Assembly: GCA_964615415.1 (NCBI GenBank)
Contig: CAZTNI010000001.1
Span: forward strand, 25,290 to 89,289
Direction: 5' to 3'
DNA length: 64,000 nucleotides
Source: an uncultured Candidatus Saccharibacteria bacterium
GTDB lineage: Bacteria; Patescibacteriota; Minisyncoccia; Phycocordibacterales; SBAW01
The notes under the pieces were generated by a model that searched no databases, had not been told where the DNA came from, and was given only the letters and a program-made list of their open reading frames with translations. Below are positions 8,873 through 19,053 of the stretch, one piece after another (positions within the stretch are counted from its first letter, which is position 1; every line of letters starts with the position of its first letter). The translations under genes and the position numbers were made by a program.

Positions 8873-9328
8873 TTAGAACGGAATATCGTCTGGGTTAATG
8901 TCCTCTTCTGGGTAGTCGATCGTGTCTTCTTTAGGAGCTTTCTGTGGAGCTTCTGCGTCGCTTTCGCGATTAAATGAACCTCCTTGAGCGCTACCGCCTC
9001 CGGTACTGCGAGGACCAAACTGTACGCGCTCAGCAATAATTTCAGTGCGGTACTGCTTCCCCTTCTCGCCTTCCCATGAGCGAGTCTGCAAGCGGCCTTC
9101 TACCAACACTGCGCTTCCCTTTTTAAGATACTGCGCAATAATGTCTGCCTGGCGACCAAAGACCACAACATTGTGGAACTCTACTGCCTCTTGCTTCGTG
9201 CCGTCTGCTTTTTTAAAGACCCGATTCGTTGCAACGCTGAAGGACGCTACTTGTCCACCCGACGGAAGTGCTCGGACCTCAGGGTCGCGAGTCAGATTTC
9301 CGTAGATCATTGCCTTGTTGATATACAT
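8873..9328 (-). CDS. ssb: Single-stranded DNA-binding protein
   Basis: [23 protein letters not shown], acidic C-terminal tail ending DDIPF. Confidence 0.98.
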   Translation of the reverse strand: MYINKAMIYGNLTRDPEVRALPSGGQVASFSVATNRVFKKADGTKQEAVEFHNVVVFGRQADIIAQYLKKGSAVLVEGRLQTRSWEGEKGKQYRTEIIAERVQFGPRSTGGGSAQGGSFNRESDAEAPQKAPKEDTIDYPEEDINPDDIPF

Positions 9329-9334
9329 GGGGGT

Positions 9335-9856
9335 TTAGGAAACGAGCGCGTCAATACTTTTGTCGAGCTCTTCTTCAGAAACCACTGTCTTTGCTTCTGG
9401 CTCAGCAGCTGGCTTCTTAATGGTTTCGCCTTCAAGGCGGTCAGAGGTAAACACAGCGCGACGTGGCGCAACCGTTACGTCTTCGCGAACCGTCTCGATA
9501 AGGAGATGACGGAAGATTTCGTTCGTATTGCGGAGGTACGACTCGAACGCTGGAATAGACTCCTTCTCAACTGCAAACTTTACCCAACCAAAGTATGATT
9601 CGTTATACTTTTCGCGCTTACCGGTAGCTGCACGCTCAACGGTGTACGCAAGCACAAATTTTTCTGGAGCACCTTCACTAATAATTTCTGCACCACCTTT
9701 AGCGAGTTCAGAACGAAGGCCCTCCACTGCTGAAGCAACTGCTACTTCATCAAGAGTAGGTACGAGATGGTACCCAATCTCGTAGATCGGGCGGCCATCG
9801 GCCTGCTTATTCGCTTGGGTTAAGGAATCCTTAGATTCCTGCGACTTTTCTGCCAT
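9335..9856 (-). CDS. rpsF: 30S ribosomal protein S6 with extensions
   Basis: YEIGYHLVP...LAY...IFRHLLI; canonical rpsF-ssb-rpsR order. Confidence 0.9.
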   Translation of the reverse strand: MAEKSQESKDSLTQANKQADGRPIYEIGYHLVPTLDEVAVASAVEGLRSELAKGGAEIISEGAPEKFVLAYTVERAATGKREKYNESYFGWVKFAVEKESIPAFESYLRNTNEIFRHLLIETVREDVTVAPRRAVFTSDRLEGETIKKPAAEPEAKTVVSEEELDKSIDALVS

Positions 9857-9892
9857 GAACACACCTTATCACACCCCAAGAGACTTGTAAAT

Positions 9893-9925
9893 AAAAAGCG
9901 CTCCGGGGTTACCGTAGCGCTTTTT
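9893..9925. terminator. Intrinsic terminator-like hairpin
   Basis: AAAAAGCGCT...AGCGCTTTTT at the 3' end of the NUDIX-like gene. Confidence 0.55.
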
Positions 9926-10478
9926 CGGCAGGGAGCGCGTCCCAGACGAAATAGTTATTCTTGTCCTTTTGATGCTCGACATACCCTTCTAGCTTGTACC
10001 ACCGATCAGGGAGATAAACGTCGAACACATACATATGGAACTGGCTGTACACGCCAGGGAACGAGGTCGAAGGAAGTGGCCCCTTAACAAACCCTGGCTG
10101 CGGACTGAGCGGCAGCCGCTCAGTAATTCCCAACTCTTCTCTCAGAGCGCGGTATGCCGCTTCAATCGGATCCTCACCAGGCACCATCTTCTCTCCAACA
10201 CTCATGAGAAGATCTGCTCGGACCTTCTCCCGACCATCTTCGAAAACCTGTTTCTCTTCGCGCAGCCGGAGTGTGCGCCCGTTCTCAACATGGTAAATGT
10301 TGAGGCAGGCTCCCGTCCCGATCTTGAGCAGACGGCCGTGTTCTGACGCCAGCGTCGATTCTCCAGAGTTGAGTTCGGAGAGCAAATGCTCGATCGTCTT
10401 GGCCGAACCAGTTCCCCATAGTTCGAGAGGAACGCTCCGAGCCCGCAGATAGGCCCGGAGTTCTTCGATAGTTTTCAC
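9909..10478 (-). CDS. NUDIX-like domain protein (stand-alone cassette)
   Basis: GEKMVPGEDPIEAAYRALREELGI resembles a Nudix box; AAGGAGA SD before the GTG start. Confidence 0.75.
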   Translation of the reverse strand: MKTIEELRAYLRARSVPLELWGTGSAKTIEHLLSELNSGESTLASEHGRLLKIGTGACLNIYHVENGRTLRLREEKQVFEDGREKVRADLLMSVGEKMVPGEDPIEAAYRALREELGITERLPLSPQPGFVKGPLPSTSFPGVYSQFHMYVFDVYLPDRWYKLEGYVEHQKDKNNYFVWDALPAEKALR

Positions 10479-10517
10479 CGGACTCTCCTTTCTCTGTTTC
10501 CAATGATCCTAATTTTA

Positions 10518-10546
10518 ATTATACACCCTTTTTAGTTATTTGTCAA
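10518..10546 (-). promoter_or_regulatory. Consensus sigma-70 promoter TTGACA-N17-TATAAT
   Basis: Perfect -35/-10 on the minus strand; the -35 lies in the last codons of tatD. Confidence 0.8.
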
Positions 10547-11303
10547 TAGAAAATACCCGTTGTGAATTAAGGAGAATGTGCGCTGCCACATCGTCTACAG
10601 CAAGATTTTTTATTGCGGCGATTTTAACGACTACATGTTCTACATAGACCGGTTCGTTGCGCTTGCCGCGGTACGGCACCGGTGCTGCGAATGGAGAGTC
10701 AGTTTCTGAAAGAATACGGTCCATAGGCGCAACGCGAATAGACTCGTCATACATGTCGGTGTAGGTAATCGGCCCAGGGAAAGACAGGTAGCAGCCGAGG
10801 TTTAAGTACTGCTGCGCAAGTTCCCCGCTACCGGTAAAGAAATGGATAATAACTGGCACCGAGACTTTTTTCTCGCTTAAAATCTGCAACATGTCGTCGT
10901 GCGCGTTGCGGCAGTGAATGATGAGTGGCTTCCCTACTCGCTCCGCAAGCGCCACCTGCACTTCAAACCGCTCTTTTTGCGCAGCCTTTTCTTCTGCTGT
11001 GCCGCCGCTTCTAAAGTAGTCGAGGCCGCACTCGCCTATTGCTACGACCTTAGGGTCTCTCGCCAAGGCTTCGTACTTTTCGACATCAAAAACTTCTTCT
11101 TTATTGTCATTTGGATGCAGTCCAACTGCGGCCCACAAAAAGTCGTGCTGTTGCGCAAGAGTAAGCCCCGCCTCACTTTCTTTCAGGTCAGTCCCTACAA
11201 CTATTCCTCCCACCCCCTTTTCTTGCATGCGCGTAAACATAGCCTCTCGGTCGGCATCAAACTGCGAAAGCTGCGGATGGCAATGTGCGTCAAAAAATTT
11301 CAT
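10536..11303 (-). CDS. tatD: TatD-family deoxyribonuclease
   Basis: DAHCH, VGLHP, AIGECGLDY, IIHCR, ETDSPF. Confidence 0.95.
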   Translation of the reverse strand: MKFFDAHCHPQLSQFDADREAMFTRMQEKGVGGIVVGTDLKESEAGLTLAQQHDFLWAAVGLHPNDNKEEVFDVEKYEALARDPKVVAIGECGLDYFRSGGTAEEKAAQKERFEVQVALAERVGKPLIIHCRNAHDDMLQILSEKKVSVPVIIHFFTGSGELAQQYLNLGCYLSFPGPITYTDMYDESIRVAPMDRILSETDSPFAAPVPYRGKRNEPVYVEHVVVKIAAIKNLAVDDVAAHILLNSQRVFSIDK

Positions 11304-11304
11304 A

Positions 11305-11832
11305 CTATCGTTTTGCAAGATCAGCATTAGATCCTTTTATTACTTTTCCTAGATAAGGTAGTAATTGTTTTTTATATTCTGCAAAAGTTTTTTCATCTTC
11401 AGCCGTGAGTTTTCCTATTTTTTGAAGCTCAATTTCAAATACATTTCCAACTCCTTTCACCGTGTCTAAATTAAAAACCGTATTCCCTTTTTTCCAAAGT
11501 TCCCGAGTTTTTTCTACCACTGAAAAAACTCCCAACACCTGCTCAAGGTATGGCAGCAAATCCTTATCTTTTATCGAGTAGAGTTTTACTTCTGCAACCG
11601 TGCCCTTCTTGTCTCCAAACGCGGGGCGTGTGTAATACACTGCGGTTTGAGTACTATTCTCGAGTCTAATTTTTAATCGAGCAGGCACACCAGACCGTTT
11701 CGGCAGGTTAAAAAAGTAATCTTTTTGTTTTTTAACTTCCTGCCTTTGAGCGCCTAGCTCTTTCAAGATTTTCCTCAGTGGAACGAAATCCTCACAAAAA
11801 TGTTTGAGTTCGAGATTGGTTTTTGATTGCAT
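11305..11832 (-). CDS. CYTH-domain protein (class IV adenylate cyclase/triphosphatase-like)
   Basis: N-terminal ELK, QKDYFF, RLKIR, VEKTRELW, NLDTVKGVGNVFEIE; visibly AT-rich. Confidence 0.8.
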   Translation of the reverse strand: MQSKTNLELKHFCEDFVPLRKILKELGAQRQEVKKQKDYFFNLPKRSGVPARLKIRLENSTQTAVYYTRPAFGDKKGTVAEVKLYSIKDKDLLPYLEQVLGVFSVVEKTRELWKKGNTVFNLDTVKGVGNVFEIELQKIGKLTAEDEKTFAEYKKQLLPYLGKVIKGSNADLAKR

Positions 11833-11835
11833 GAT

Positions 11836-13269
11836 TTAGTCTTTGCGGGGGAATAAGTTTTCTGGCTTTTTGTTTGCTGCAATTGCTGCGAGAATTTTTT
11901 CTGAAGTTTCTGGCAGGAATGGCGAGAGTAATTGCGCTGCAGCGCCAAGTTCATGCACCAGGTTTACAATAAGCTCCTTCCCTTTTTCTTTATCAGTCTT
12001 TATTACCTTAAATGGTTCGGTTCGTGTAATTTCCTGGTCGATAGCTTGAACACGTCGGAACACTTCAGATATCGCCTCGTTTACTTGATAATTCTTAAAT
12101 GCAGCAGTATACGCCTCAGGATATACAACTTTTTCTATCACAACAGGAGCATCGAGATGTGTTTGCGCAAGCTGCATAATGCGTGCAGCCAAGTTACCAA
12201 GACCGTTCGCCAGGTTTGCGTTATAAAGCTCTTTAAATTGCTCCATCGTAAAGTCGCTGTCTTCAAACGGGTGGATATGGCGCACCAGGTAATAACGAAG
12301 TGCGTCCGTGCCATAGTCCTTCGCTACTGCAATTGGGTCAATAACATTGCCGAGCGATTTACTCATCTTTTGTCCCCCACTCGTAATGAAGCCGTGGTAG
12401 ACCACTTTGTCGGTATTTTTTACTCCACCCGACATGAGCATTGCTTGCCAGATAATAGACTGGAAGCGCACCTGGTCTTTACCAGCCACCTGTACAACCT
12501 CTCCATCCTCCCAGAACTTTTTAAAGTTCCCCTCTTTGTCGTCTGGCCAGCCTAACGTAGAGATGTAGTTCGTAAGCGCATCGAACCACACGTACATCAC
12601 CTGCGTCTCATCATCCGGCACCGGAATACCCCAACTCATGCGAGCTTTCTCGCGAGAAATACTGAAATCTTCAAGCCCTGCTTCTATAAAATTAATTGCT
12701 TCTTCGCGACGCCAGTCCGGCAGCACCACCTCTTCATTTGCAAGATAGGCAAGCAACTTATCTTTGTATGCACTCAAGCGGAAGAAATAATTCTCTTCTT
12801 CGATTTCCTGAAGCTCCATGTTCGGATGGTTTGGGCATTTTCCGTCTACCACATCGCTCTCGCGCAAAAAAGCTTCATCGCCTACGCAGTACAGACCCTT
12901 ATACTTCTTTTTGTAAATATCTCCCGCCACAGCGCAGCGCTTCCAGAGTTCTTGTGCGGCGTATATATGCAACGGGTCAGTGGTGCGAATAAATGCGTTA
13001 TAGGAAAGATTGAGAGCATCTTTCAATTTGGCAACCTCGCCTGCATAAAAATCTACATATGCCTGCACTTCCTCGCCTGCTTCGGTTGCTTTTTGGAAGA
13101 TTTTCTGTCCGTGTTCATCGGTCCCCGTAGTAAAAAACACTTCGCGTCCCAAGAGTCGCTGATACCGCGCAATAGCATCTGCCTGCACTATTTCCAGCGC
13201 AAAACCAATATGCGGAGCTGTGTTCACATACGGGAGCGTCGTGGTGAGGTAAAAAGGCTTGTTTTCCAT
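11836..13269 (-). CDS. metG: Methionine--tRNA ligase (lacks the C-terminal tRNA-binding domain)
   Basis: LPYVNTAPHIG, GTDEHGQKI, YVWFDAL, KMSKS. Confidence 0.97.
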   Translation of the reverse strand: MENKPFYLTTTLPYVNTAPHIGFALEIVQADAIARYQRLLGREVFFTTGTDEHGQKIFQKATEAGEEVQAYVDFYAGEVAKLKDALNLSYNAFIRTTDPLHIYAAQELWKRCAVAGDIYKKKYKGLYCVGDEAFLRESDVVDGKCPNHPNMELQEIEEENYFFRLSAYKDKLLAYLANEEVVLPDWRREEAINFIEAGLEDFSISREKARMSWGIPVPDDETQVMYVWFDALTNYISTLGWPDDKEGNFKKFWEDGEVVQVAGKDQVRFQSIIWQAMLMSGGVKNTDKVVYHGFITSGGQKMSKSLGNVIDPIAVAKDYGTDALRYYLVRHIHPFEDSDFTMEQFKELYNANLANGLGNLAARIMQLAQTHLDAPVVIEKVVYPEAYTAAFKNYQVNEAISEVFRRVQAIDQEITRTEPFKVIKTDKEKGKELIVNLVHELGAAAQLLSPFLPETSEKILAAIAANKKPENLFPRKD

Positions 13270-13278
13270 GAATCAAAC

Positions 13279-14349
13279 CTACCCTTCCTGGCCTTCTTTC
13301 GCAAGGTGCTCGCCGTGAGCAAGTGCGTGTGTTTTGCGCTTATTAATGTCTGAAACGAGTTCTTGGATGGCGCCCGCGATAGGCACCGACAGAAGTACTC
13401 CAAGGAACCCAAGGAGTTTATACCCTACCAAGAGGGCCAAAATAACAAGAAGAGGCGGCACCCCGACAACCTTTTTAACTACGACAGGGTAAATAAGATG
13501 TGCTTCAAACTGCTGTACCACCAGGTACAAACCAGCCACTAACCCTGCTTCGGTCACTCCTCCGGCAACAAAGGCAATAGCAATCGCGGGCACAGCGGCA
13601 ATAAACTGCCCGAACACAGGAATCAGTTCCATAAGACCAGCCAAGACCGCCAACAAGAGCGCATAGGGTACGCCAAGAATTGTAAGACCCAAGTAGAGCA
13701 AAATACCGACAATGACACCAAGCACGAGCTGCCCTTGCATCCACTTCCCTATTTTGTCTTGCGAGCGTTTCCAGAGGTCTAAGACATATGCCTGGTGCTT
13801 CACCGGTGTGACAACGCGCAAGAAGTCATCAACACCCGTTTCTTGTACTGAAAAATAAAAAGAAAAGACGACGATAAGCACAAACGAGGTAATACCGCCG
13901 AAGAATGCTGAAAAGGTGGTAAACACTCCTCCGGTTGTATCGGTAAGCGTTTTAGAAATACTATCGAGCAGCTGGGCCGAAGATACAGAATTCCCAATAC
14001 TTGAAGGAAGCCATCCTGGCGCAAGTGACGAGAAGTTGAGTGACGCGAGTGTCTCAGGTAAGCGACTAAGGAATATCGCTGCTTCGTCCAAAATTGGCGG
14101 CACAAACGCGACCAAGAGTCCGAAAAAAGTCCCCAGTACCAGCAAGTAGCTGACTATAACACCCCAAATACGCGGCACTCCGCGCTTCGTAAACGCATGC
14201 ACCGCAGGCTCAATTGAGGACGCAATCACAATTGCCGTAAGCACAATTAACACGAGGTCGCGCAGGTAAAAGAGCAATCCCACCAACAGCACCAGTAAAA
14301 TGGCAACAAAGATGCTGCCTGCTGAAATAGTTATCGAGAGAGGTTTCAT
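13279..14349 (-). CDS. AI-2E family transporter
   Basis: Multi-TM; ELIPVFG, QQFEAHLIYP, GVLLSVP motifs. Confidence 0.9.
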   Translation of the reverse strand: MKPLSITISAGSIFVAILLVLLVGLLFYLRDLVLIVLTAIVIASSIEPAVHAFTKRGVPRIWGVIVSYLLVLGTFFGLLVAFVPPILDEAAIFLSRLPETLASLNFSSLAPGWLPSSIGNSVSSAQLLDSISKTLTDTTGGVFTTFSAFFGGITSFVLIVVFSFYFSVQETGVDDFLRVVTPVKHQAYVLDLWKRSQDKIGKWMQGQLVLGVIVGILLYLGLTILGVPYALLLAVLAGLMELIPVFGQFIAAVPAIAIAFVAGGVTEAGLVAGLYLVVQQFEAHLIYPVVVKKVVGVPPLLVILALLVGYKLLGFLGVLLSVPIAGAIQELVSDINKRKTHALAHGEHLAKEGQEG

Positions 14350-14354
14350 TACCT

Positions 14355-15752
14355 CTATAGTACCACTTCCAGTTGTGAGGAAAGGAGGGAGGAGAGTTCG
14401 CTTACCGGAACACGCTTTTGTTCACCCGTATCGCGGTCACGCACCGTTACTGTGTCTTTCAGTTCTGGCGTCTCGCCCAATGTGTCAAAATCGATCGTGA
14501 TGCACCACGGCGTACCAATTTCGTCCTGGCGGCGGTAACGCTTCCCTACGTTGCCGTTGTCGTCCCACATAATCTGCGGGATTTTTTTCTTAAGATCTGT
14601 GTAAATTTCGCGCGCCTTCGCCACAAGTTCCGGTTTGTTTTTAAGGAGTGGAAATACTGCAGCTTTAATAGGTGCAAGGTGCGGCGGAAGTTTCAATACC
14701 GTGCGCACTTCCCCACCCAACTCGTCTTCAGTGTAGGCCTTTGCAAGCACCGCGAGCACATGACGACCGAGACCAAACGTAGGTTCAAGCACATGCGGCA
14801 CGAGTTTTTCGTTCGTTGTTGGATCGAGGTATGACAAATCCACCTCACTGTTTGTAATATGATTCTTTAAATCGAAGTCTGTGCGGTACGCAAGACCGCC
14901 GATTTCATCAAACTTGTGGGGGTATTTAAAGTGAAAGTCGACCGTGCGCTTACTGTAGTGAGCACGCTCGCCGTCTGGAATCTCGATCTCTTTTATATCT
15001 TCTTTTGCAAAGCCGAGTGCCGCAAACCATGTACGCATTTGTGAGAGCCAGTATTCAAACTTTTCTTGCCACTCTGCTTCTTTAAAGAAGTATTCGAACT
15101 CCATGATCTCAAGCTCGCGCACACGGAAGATAAAGTCGCGCGGCGCGATTTCGTTGCGGAAGTTGCGGCCAATTTGCGCGATACCGAACGGGAGCTTTGG
15201 ATGGTACGAGTCGAGGATGTTTTTAAAATTTACAAACATACCCTGTGCAGTTTCAGGACGCAAATAGACGGTCGTGTCCGCACCATCAACAGAACCGACA
15301 GTCGTTCGGAACATCATATTAAACTGCTGCGGCGCGGTCAGTTCATTACCGTCAGGGCTTTTAATTCCCTTTTCTTTAATAACCTCGCCCATTTGCGCGA
15401 GTGTCATCCCGGTTGGGTTTACTCCCACTTCCTCAAGCAAGTGGTCTGCACGGTAGCGCTTTTTTGTCTTAACATCTGCAACCAGCGGGTCCGCAAAACC
15501 AGCAACGTGGCCAGACGCCTCCCACACCTTCGGATTCATTAAGATAGCCGAGTCGAGGCCGTACATGTCGTCGCGAGAGTCGACAAACATCCTCCACCAC
15601 AAATTTTCGATATTTTTCTTCAGCGCCACGCCAAGCGGTCCGTAATCCCAGGTACCCGCAAGGCCGCCATAGATCTCCGAACCTTGGTATACGAACCCTC
15701 GCCGTTTTGCGAGAGAGACGATTTTCTCCATAGTTGATTCAGATTGAGACAT
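14355..15752 (-). CDS. glyQS: Glycine--tRNA ligase, homodimeric (alpha2) type
   Basis: EIYGG, DYGPLG, LRPETAQGMF, FRNEIAPRDFIFRVRE, RYRRQDEIGTPWCITID; start uncertain (15752-15764). Confidence 0.96.
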   Translation of the reverse strand: MSQSESTMEKIVSLAKRRGFVYQGSEIYGGLAGTWDYGPLGVALKKNIENLWWRMFVDSRDDMYGLDSAILMNPKVWEASGHVAGFADPLVADVKTKKRYRADHLLEEVGVNPTGMTLAQMGEVIKEKGIKSPDGNELTAPQQFNMMFRTTVGSVDGADTTVYLRPETAQGMFVNFKNILDSYHPKLPFGIAQIGRNFRNEIAPRDFIFRVRELEIMEFEYFFKEAEWQEKFEYWLSQMRTWFAALGFAKEDIKEIEIPDGERAHYSKRTVDFHFKYPHKFDEIGGLAYRTDFDLKNHITNSEVDLSYLDPTTNEKLVPHVLEPTFGLGRHVLAVLAKAYTEDELGGEVRTVLKLPPHLAPIKAAVFPLLKNKPELVAKAREIYTDLKKKIPQIMWDDNGNVGKRYRRQDEIGTPWCITIDFDTLGETPELKDTVTVRDRDTGEQKRVPVSELSSLLSSQLEVVL

Positions 15753-15786
15753 AACTGTCATCATGGCATATTGTCGCTTTTAGCTC

Positions 15787-15828
15787 AAATAAAAAGAAGG
15801 CCGCCGCACCCTAGAAGGGGTGCGGCGG
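15787..15828 (-). terminator. Intrinsic terminator
   Basis: 11-bp stem CCGCCGCACCC/GGGTGCGGCGG followed by a T-tract on the minus strand. Confidence 0.75.
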
Positions 15829-15853
15829 ATACAAAGGAATATAGCCCCAGGCG

Positions 15854-16384
15854 CTACATGCGATGACGAAAAATGATCCCGTCATCGAGAGCACGAGGAT
15901 AGGAATTCCTAGCCCAAGGAGCAGAGAGCCACAACCCGCCATTACTATGCCGACTAAGCAGAAACACACATGGCTGGTCATGAGACGAAAATATCTGCTT
16001 CATAGCGACGACTAACTTGTCGCGAAGGGGCTGATCCTTGAGAACCAGTCGGATTGCAGGACCATCGCCGGGCTTACAGAGGGAATGGCCAAGTTCAAGG
16101 ATGCGCGCCCAGATATTGGCAATCGTTGGATTTTCGGTGAAGCCGAGTTCACCTACCGTAACACGAGAAAACTTCACCCTCTCCCGCTCACCCGGCTCCC
16201 AACCACGTCTGGACATAATGTCCTCTATGCAGTCATCAGGCATAATAATACTCTCAGATTTCAACTCCCCAAGGAGTTGTTCTTTAGACTTCCCCCCAAC
16301 TTCGATGTCCAAATAGACTGGAAAGATCGAACTCTGCTGTGATATGTCCAAGTCAGTTTGCTTTGGAGTAGTTGTTGCTGTCAT
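15854..16384 (-). CDS. Hypothetical protein (stand-alone cassette)
   Basis: GGGAG SD before ATG 16384; VTVGELGF...ILELGHSLCKPGDGPAIRL...VVAMKQI; function not recognised. Confidence 0.7.
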   Translation of the reverse strand: MTATTTPKQTDLDISQQSSIFPVYLDIEVGGKSKEQLLGELKSESIIMPDDCIEDIMSRRGWEPGERERVKFSRVTVGELGFTENPTIANIWARILELGHSLCKPGDGPAIRLVLKDQPLRDKLVVAMKQIFSSHDQPCVFLLSRHSNGGLWLSAPWARNSYPRALDDGIIFRHRM

Positions 16385-16511
16385 CGTTATCTCCCTGAAA
16401 CAGTTGACTCGTAAATCCGAGACGAACACCTAGATCCCTGATCTGACGACACTAGAACATAATTTATTTTGCAATGCAAATATCTTAAAGAAGGTCGCAG
16501 GTAAAGCTAGA

Positions 16512-18455
16512 TTATTTTGGCGCAACAATGTCCACTCCACCAGGACCACTGTCTCCTACTAGGCGTGTTGTCGACGGATTTGCCGTAGCGCGTACCGGCA
16601 CCTGCACAAAACGATCTTGGCCGGTTAACACTACTTCGCTTGTTAAGTCTGGCGACTTACCCACCTGGCTCGTACTTGGCACAATCGTTACCTGGAAGGC
16701 AGCCTGTAGTGCTGCTTGGGTGTACCCTACACCCGCTTTAATGTCACCAATGTTCCATCGCACAGTGCGACTTGCTGCGTCGTAGGTTATGCCGCTTCCT
16801 GAAGGACTCGACATAAATTGTACATAAGACGGCAGCGTTGCAGAGACAGACGCATTCGCAACGGTGTTTGCAGAGTTTTTCACTCCCCAGACAATCGTGT
16901 ACGAAGTCGCTTGTTCGGCGCGCGGCGGCATTGGTCCGATATTTTGGAAACCGCCCGTGTAGTGCAGCGTTTTTACATCAAGCGTTGCTTGGGACGCAAG
17001 CTGCACTCGCGCGGTCGCCGCAGATGCAACCGATTCCGGCGCCCCGCCACCTCCCTGACGCACACCGCGCACCTGTAAATTAAGTTCGATAGTTGGGTTT
17101 GTAATAAGCACGCCTGCTTCTCCGGGCTTCAGTGTACTAAATGAGAAGTGGAAGGTTCCTGTTTCGCCTGGCTGTACCGTCGCAAGAGAATTGTTTTGAT
17201 CTTTAGACCAAATAATCGCAGTTTGTGCGGATTGGTAAAATCCATTTCCGGCACTAATAGCATTTTTGTTAAGAGCAGGACCAGCAAATGACAAAATTAA
17301 CTCCACGTTTGAGACCGGATCAGGGAGATTGTTCTTCCACGTCACCGTACCTTCGAGCTGCTCGCCCGCAGCAACAGAGATAGTTTTTCCTGTTTGCCCC
17401 TCGACTGCGATCGTTGCAGAAATAAACGGCTGCCGCACGGTAACAGTCTGCGGCATGATAAGGAACGGGACTTTAATTTTTGTATCGGTCTGGTCGCTGT
17501 TTGACCCCGCAAAGAAGCGGAAGACGCGTTCATCACCATCTTGTCCTTCAAGGGCACCGGTAATTTTAATAGTGCGCGATGCGCCCGGCTGTAGTGTCCC
17601 TAGTCGCCAAAACGTACCCCCTGCATCTGCCTGTGGCTGTGTTGTTCCGACCGTAAATCCAAATGGATACTGTCCTTGCAGCACTAAATTCTCGACAGGC
17701 GTTGTTGCATTAGAACGCACGGTCACGTCCATAGAAATCTCACCCCCCGTTGTTGTGTCAGTTGGCGCAGATACAGTAATTGAAACGGGAGAGGAGCCTA
17801 TCGTGTACGTCGTTTCCGTTTGCTTTTGGAAAACTGCGTTTGAATTTTTAACACTATATTCAAGCGTTGCACGGATTGTTTGCGTTTCCCCTTCTTGTCC
17901 AAACACAAGAGCAGAAGCTGTTTGTTTTATTTGTTCACCTGCAGGAATCGTGCCAATAGTGTGACGGTCGTACGTCAGCTCCTGCGCTGGGTTAGCAGCA
18001 CTGCGCGTGCCATCCGGGTACGTCAAAATAAGATCCGCAAGCTCGAGGTCAGTTTGGTTGCGGTTGGTAATAATAAACTGGAATGTTGCTTCCTTTCCTC
18101 CATCAATCAAAGACGGTGCCACTATTTCAATATCGATGTTCTGTGGAGAGATAGTATTCACTCCTCCTAAAATCATATAAGCGGCGGCGGCAAGTGACAG
18201 GAAGAAGAACGCGGCCGAACCGAGCAAAAATTTAGTAGCCATAGACATACGAGATTTGGTTTGTAGTGGTTGTGACGGCTGAGGTACACCACTTGTTACA
18301 CCTTCCGGCGTTGCAGCAGGTTCCCAAGCACGAGGAGCATCTGCAGTGCTCGGACTAAGGCTCGAGCGGTCTTCTGCAGGCGGTTTAATATCACTTTGAC
18401 GAGCATAGAGCGCGCGTTTAAGCTTCTCTACCCCGCTTTTCTCTTCGGGAACCAT
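16512..18455 (-). CDS. Membrane-anchored extracellular protein with repeated Ig-like domains
   Basis: Single N-terminal TM, then several beta-sandwich repeats with W-x-[LI]-G-x-L-x-x-G motifs. Confidence 0.8.
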   Translation of the reverse strand: MVPEEKSGVEKLKRALYARQSDIKPPAEDRSSLSPSTADAPRAWEPAATPEGVTSGVPQPSQPLQTKSRMSMATKFLLGSAAFFFLSLAAAAYMILGGVNTISPQNIDIEIVAPSLIDGGKEATFQFIITNRNQTDLELADLILTYPDGTRSAANPAQELTYDRHTIGTIPAGEQIKQTASALVFGQEGETQTIRATLEYSVKNSNAVFQKQTETTYTIGSSPVSITVSAPTDTTTGGEISMDVTVRSNATTPVENLVLQGQYPFGFTVGTTQPQADAGGTFWRLGTLQPGASRTIKITGALEGQDGDERVFRFFAGSNSDQTDTKIKVPFLIMPQTVTVRQPFISATIAVEGQTGKTISVAAGEQLEGTVTWKNNLPDPVSNVELILSFAGPALNKNAISAGNGFYQSAQTAIIWSKDQNNSLATVQPGETGTFHFSFSTLKPGEAGVLITNPTIELNLQVRGVRQGGGGAPESVASAATARVQLASQATLDVKTLHYTGGFQNIGPMPPRAEQATSYTIVWGVKNSANTVANASVSATLPSYVQFMSSPSGSGITYDAASRTVRWNIGDIKAGVGYTQAALQAAFQVTIVPSTSQVGKSPDLTSEVVLTGQDRFVQVPVRATANPSTTRLVGDSGPGGVDIVAPK

Positions 18456-18469
18456 ATCTCTAAAGTATA

Positions 18470-19051
18470 CTACAGGTGCGTCGCAGCCAAAGATTCATTG
18501 ATCGTGCGGATTAAAAAGCCCTTTACTACCTGAGCCTGGAGCGCAAGCTCCTCAGTAATATTCTCTTCACCTACAAATGGTGCAAGTTCAGAGATGCGTG
18601 GCACGTACCCCAGCTGGGACAATATACGCAACACAAGTACCCACTCGGCGCTTTCAATCTCTTCCTTCGTGTGAGACGCTGCAAAAAATGAAAACCCTTG
18701 GCGTACGGCGACGTACAGTTTGTCTCCCCGCTCTTCACCATGAATCAGACGAAGCAGGAGTCGCGAGACTCTCCCCACTGCAACTTTCCCCTCACGCGTC
18801 GAAGGTACAAGATCACGAGAAATAGTTTCTACTCCGGTCACTTTCCACTCATGCTTACCGCGCACAAATGAAAACCGTCCTTCGGTAAGCACCTCAAGGC
18901 CGTAGCGTAATTTAGATTTTCCTAAGCGAGCACTACGTGCAGTAGCGCGGATCAATCCGAGCTCTTTCGTAAAAATTGCAACTTGTGTATTAGCCTCTCC
19001 TACTCCACGTTTCGCTAACACCACTCCGTCGCTGACATGGATTTTATGCAT
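18470..19051 (-). CDS. recO: DNA repair protein RecO
   Basis: GVVLAKRGVGEAN..VAIFTKELGLIRATARSAR...SKLRYGLE; LSQLGY. Confidence 0.9.
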   Translation of the reverse strand: MHKIHVSDGVVLAKRGVGEANTQVAIFTKELGLIRATARSARLGKSKLRYGLEVLTEGRFSFVRGKHEWKVTGVETISRDLVPSTREGKVAVGRVSRLLLRLIHGEERGDKLYVAVRQGFSFFAASHTKEEIESAEWVLVLRILSQLGYVPRISELAPFVGEENITEELALQAQVVKGFLIRTINESLAATHL

Positions 19052-19053
19052 AC

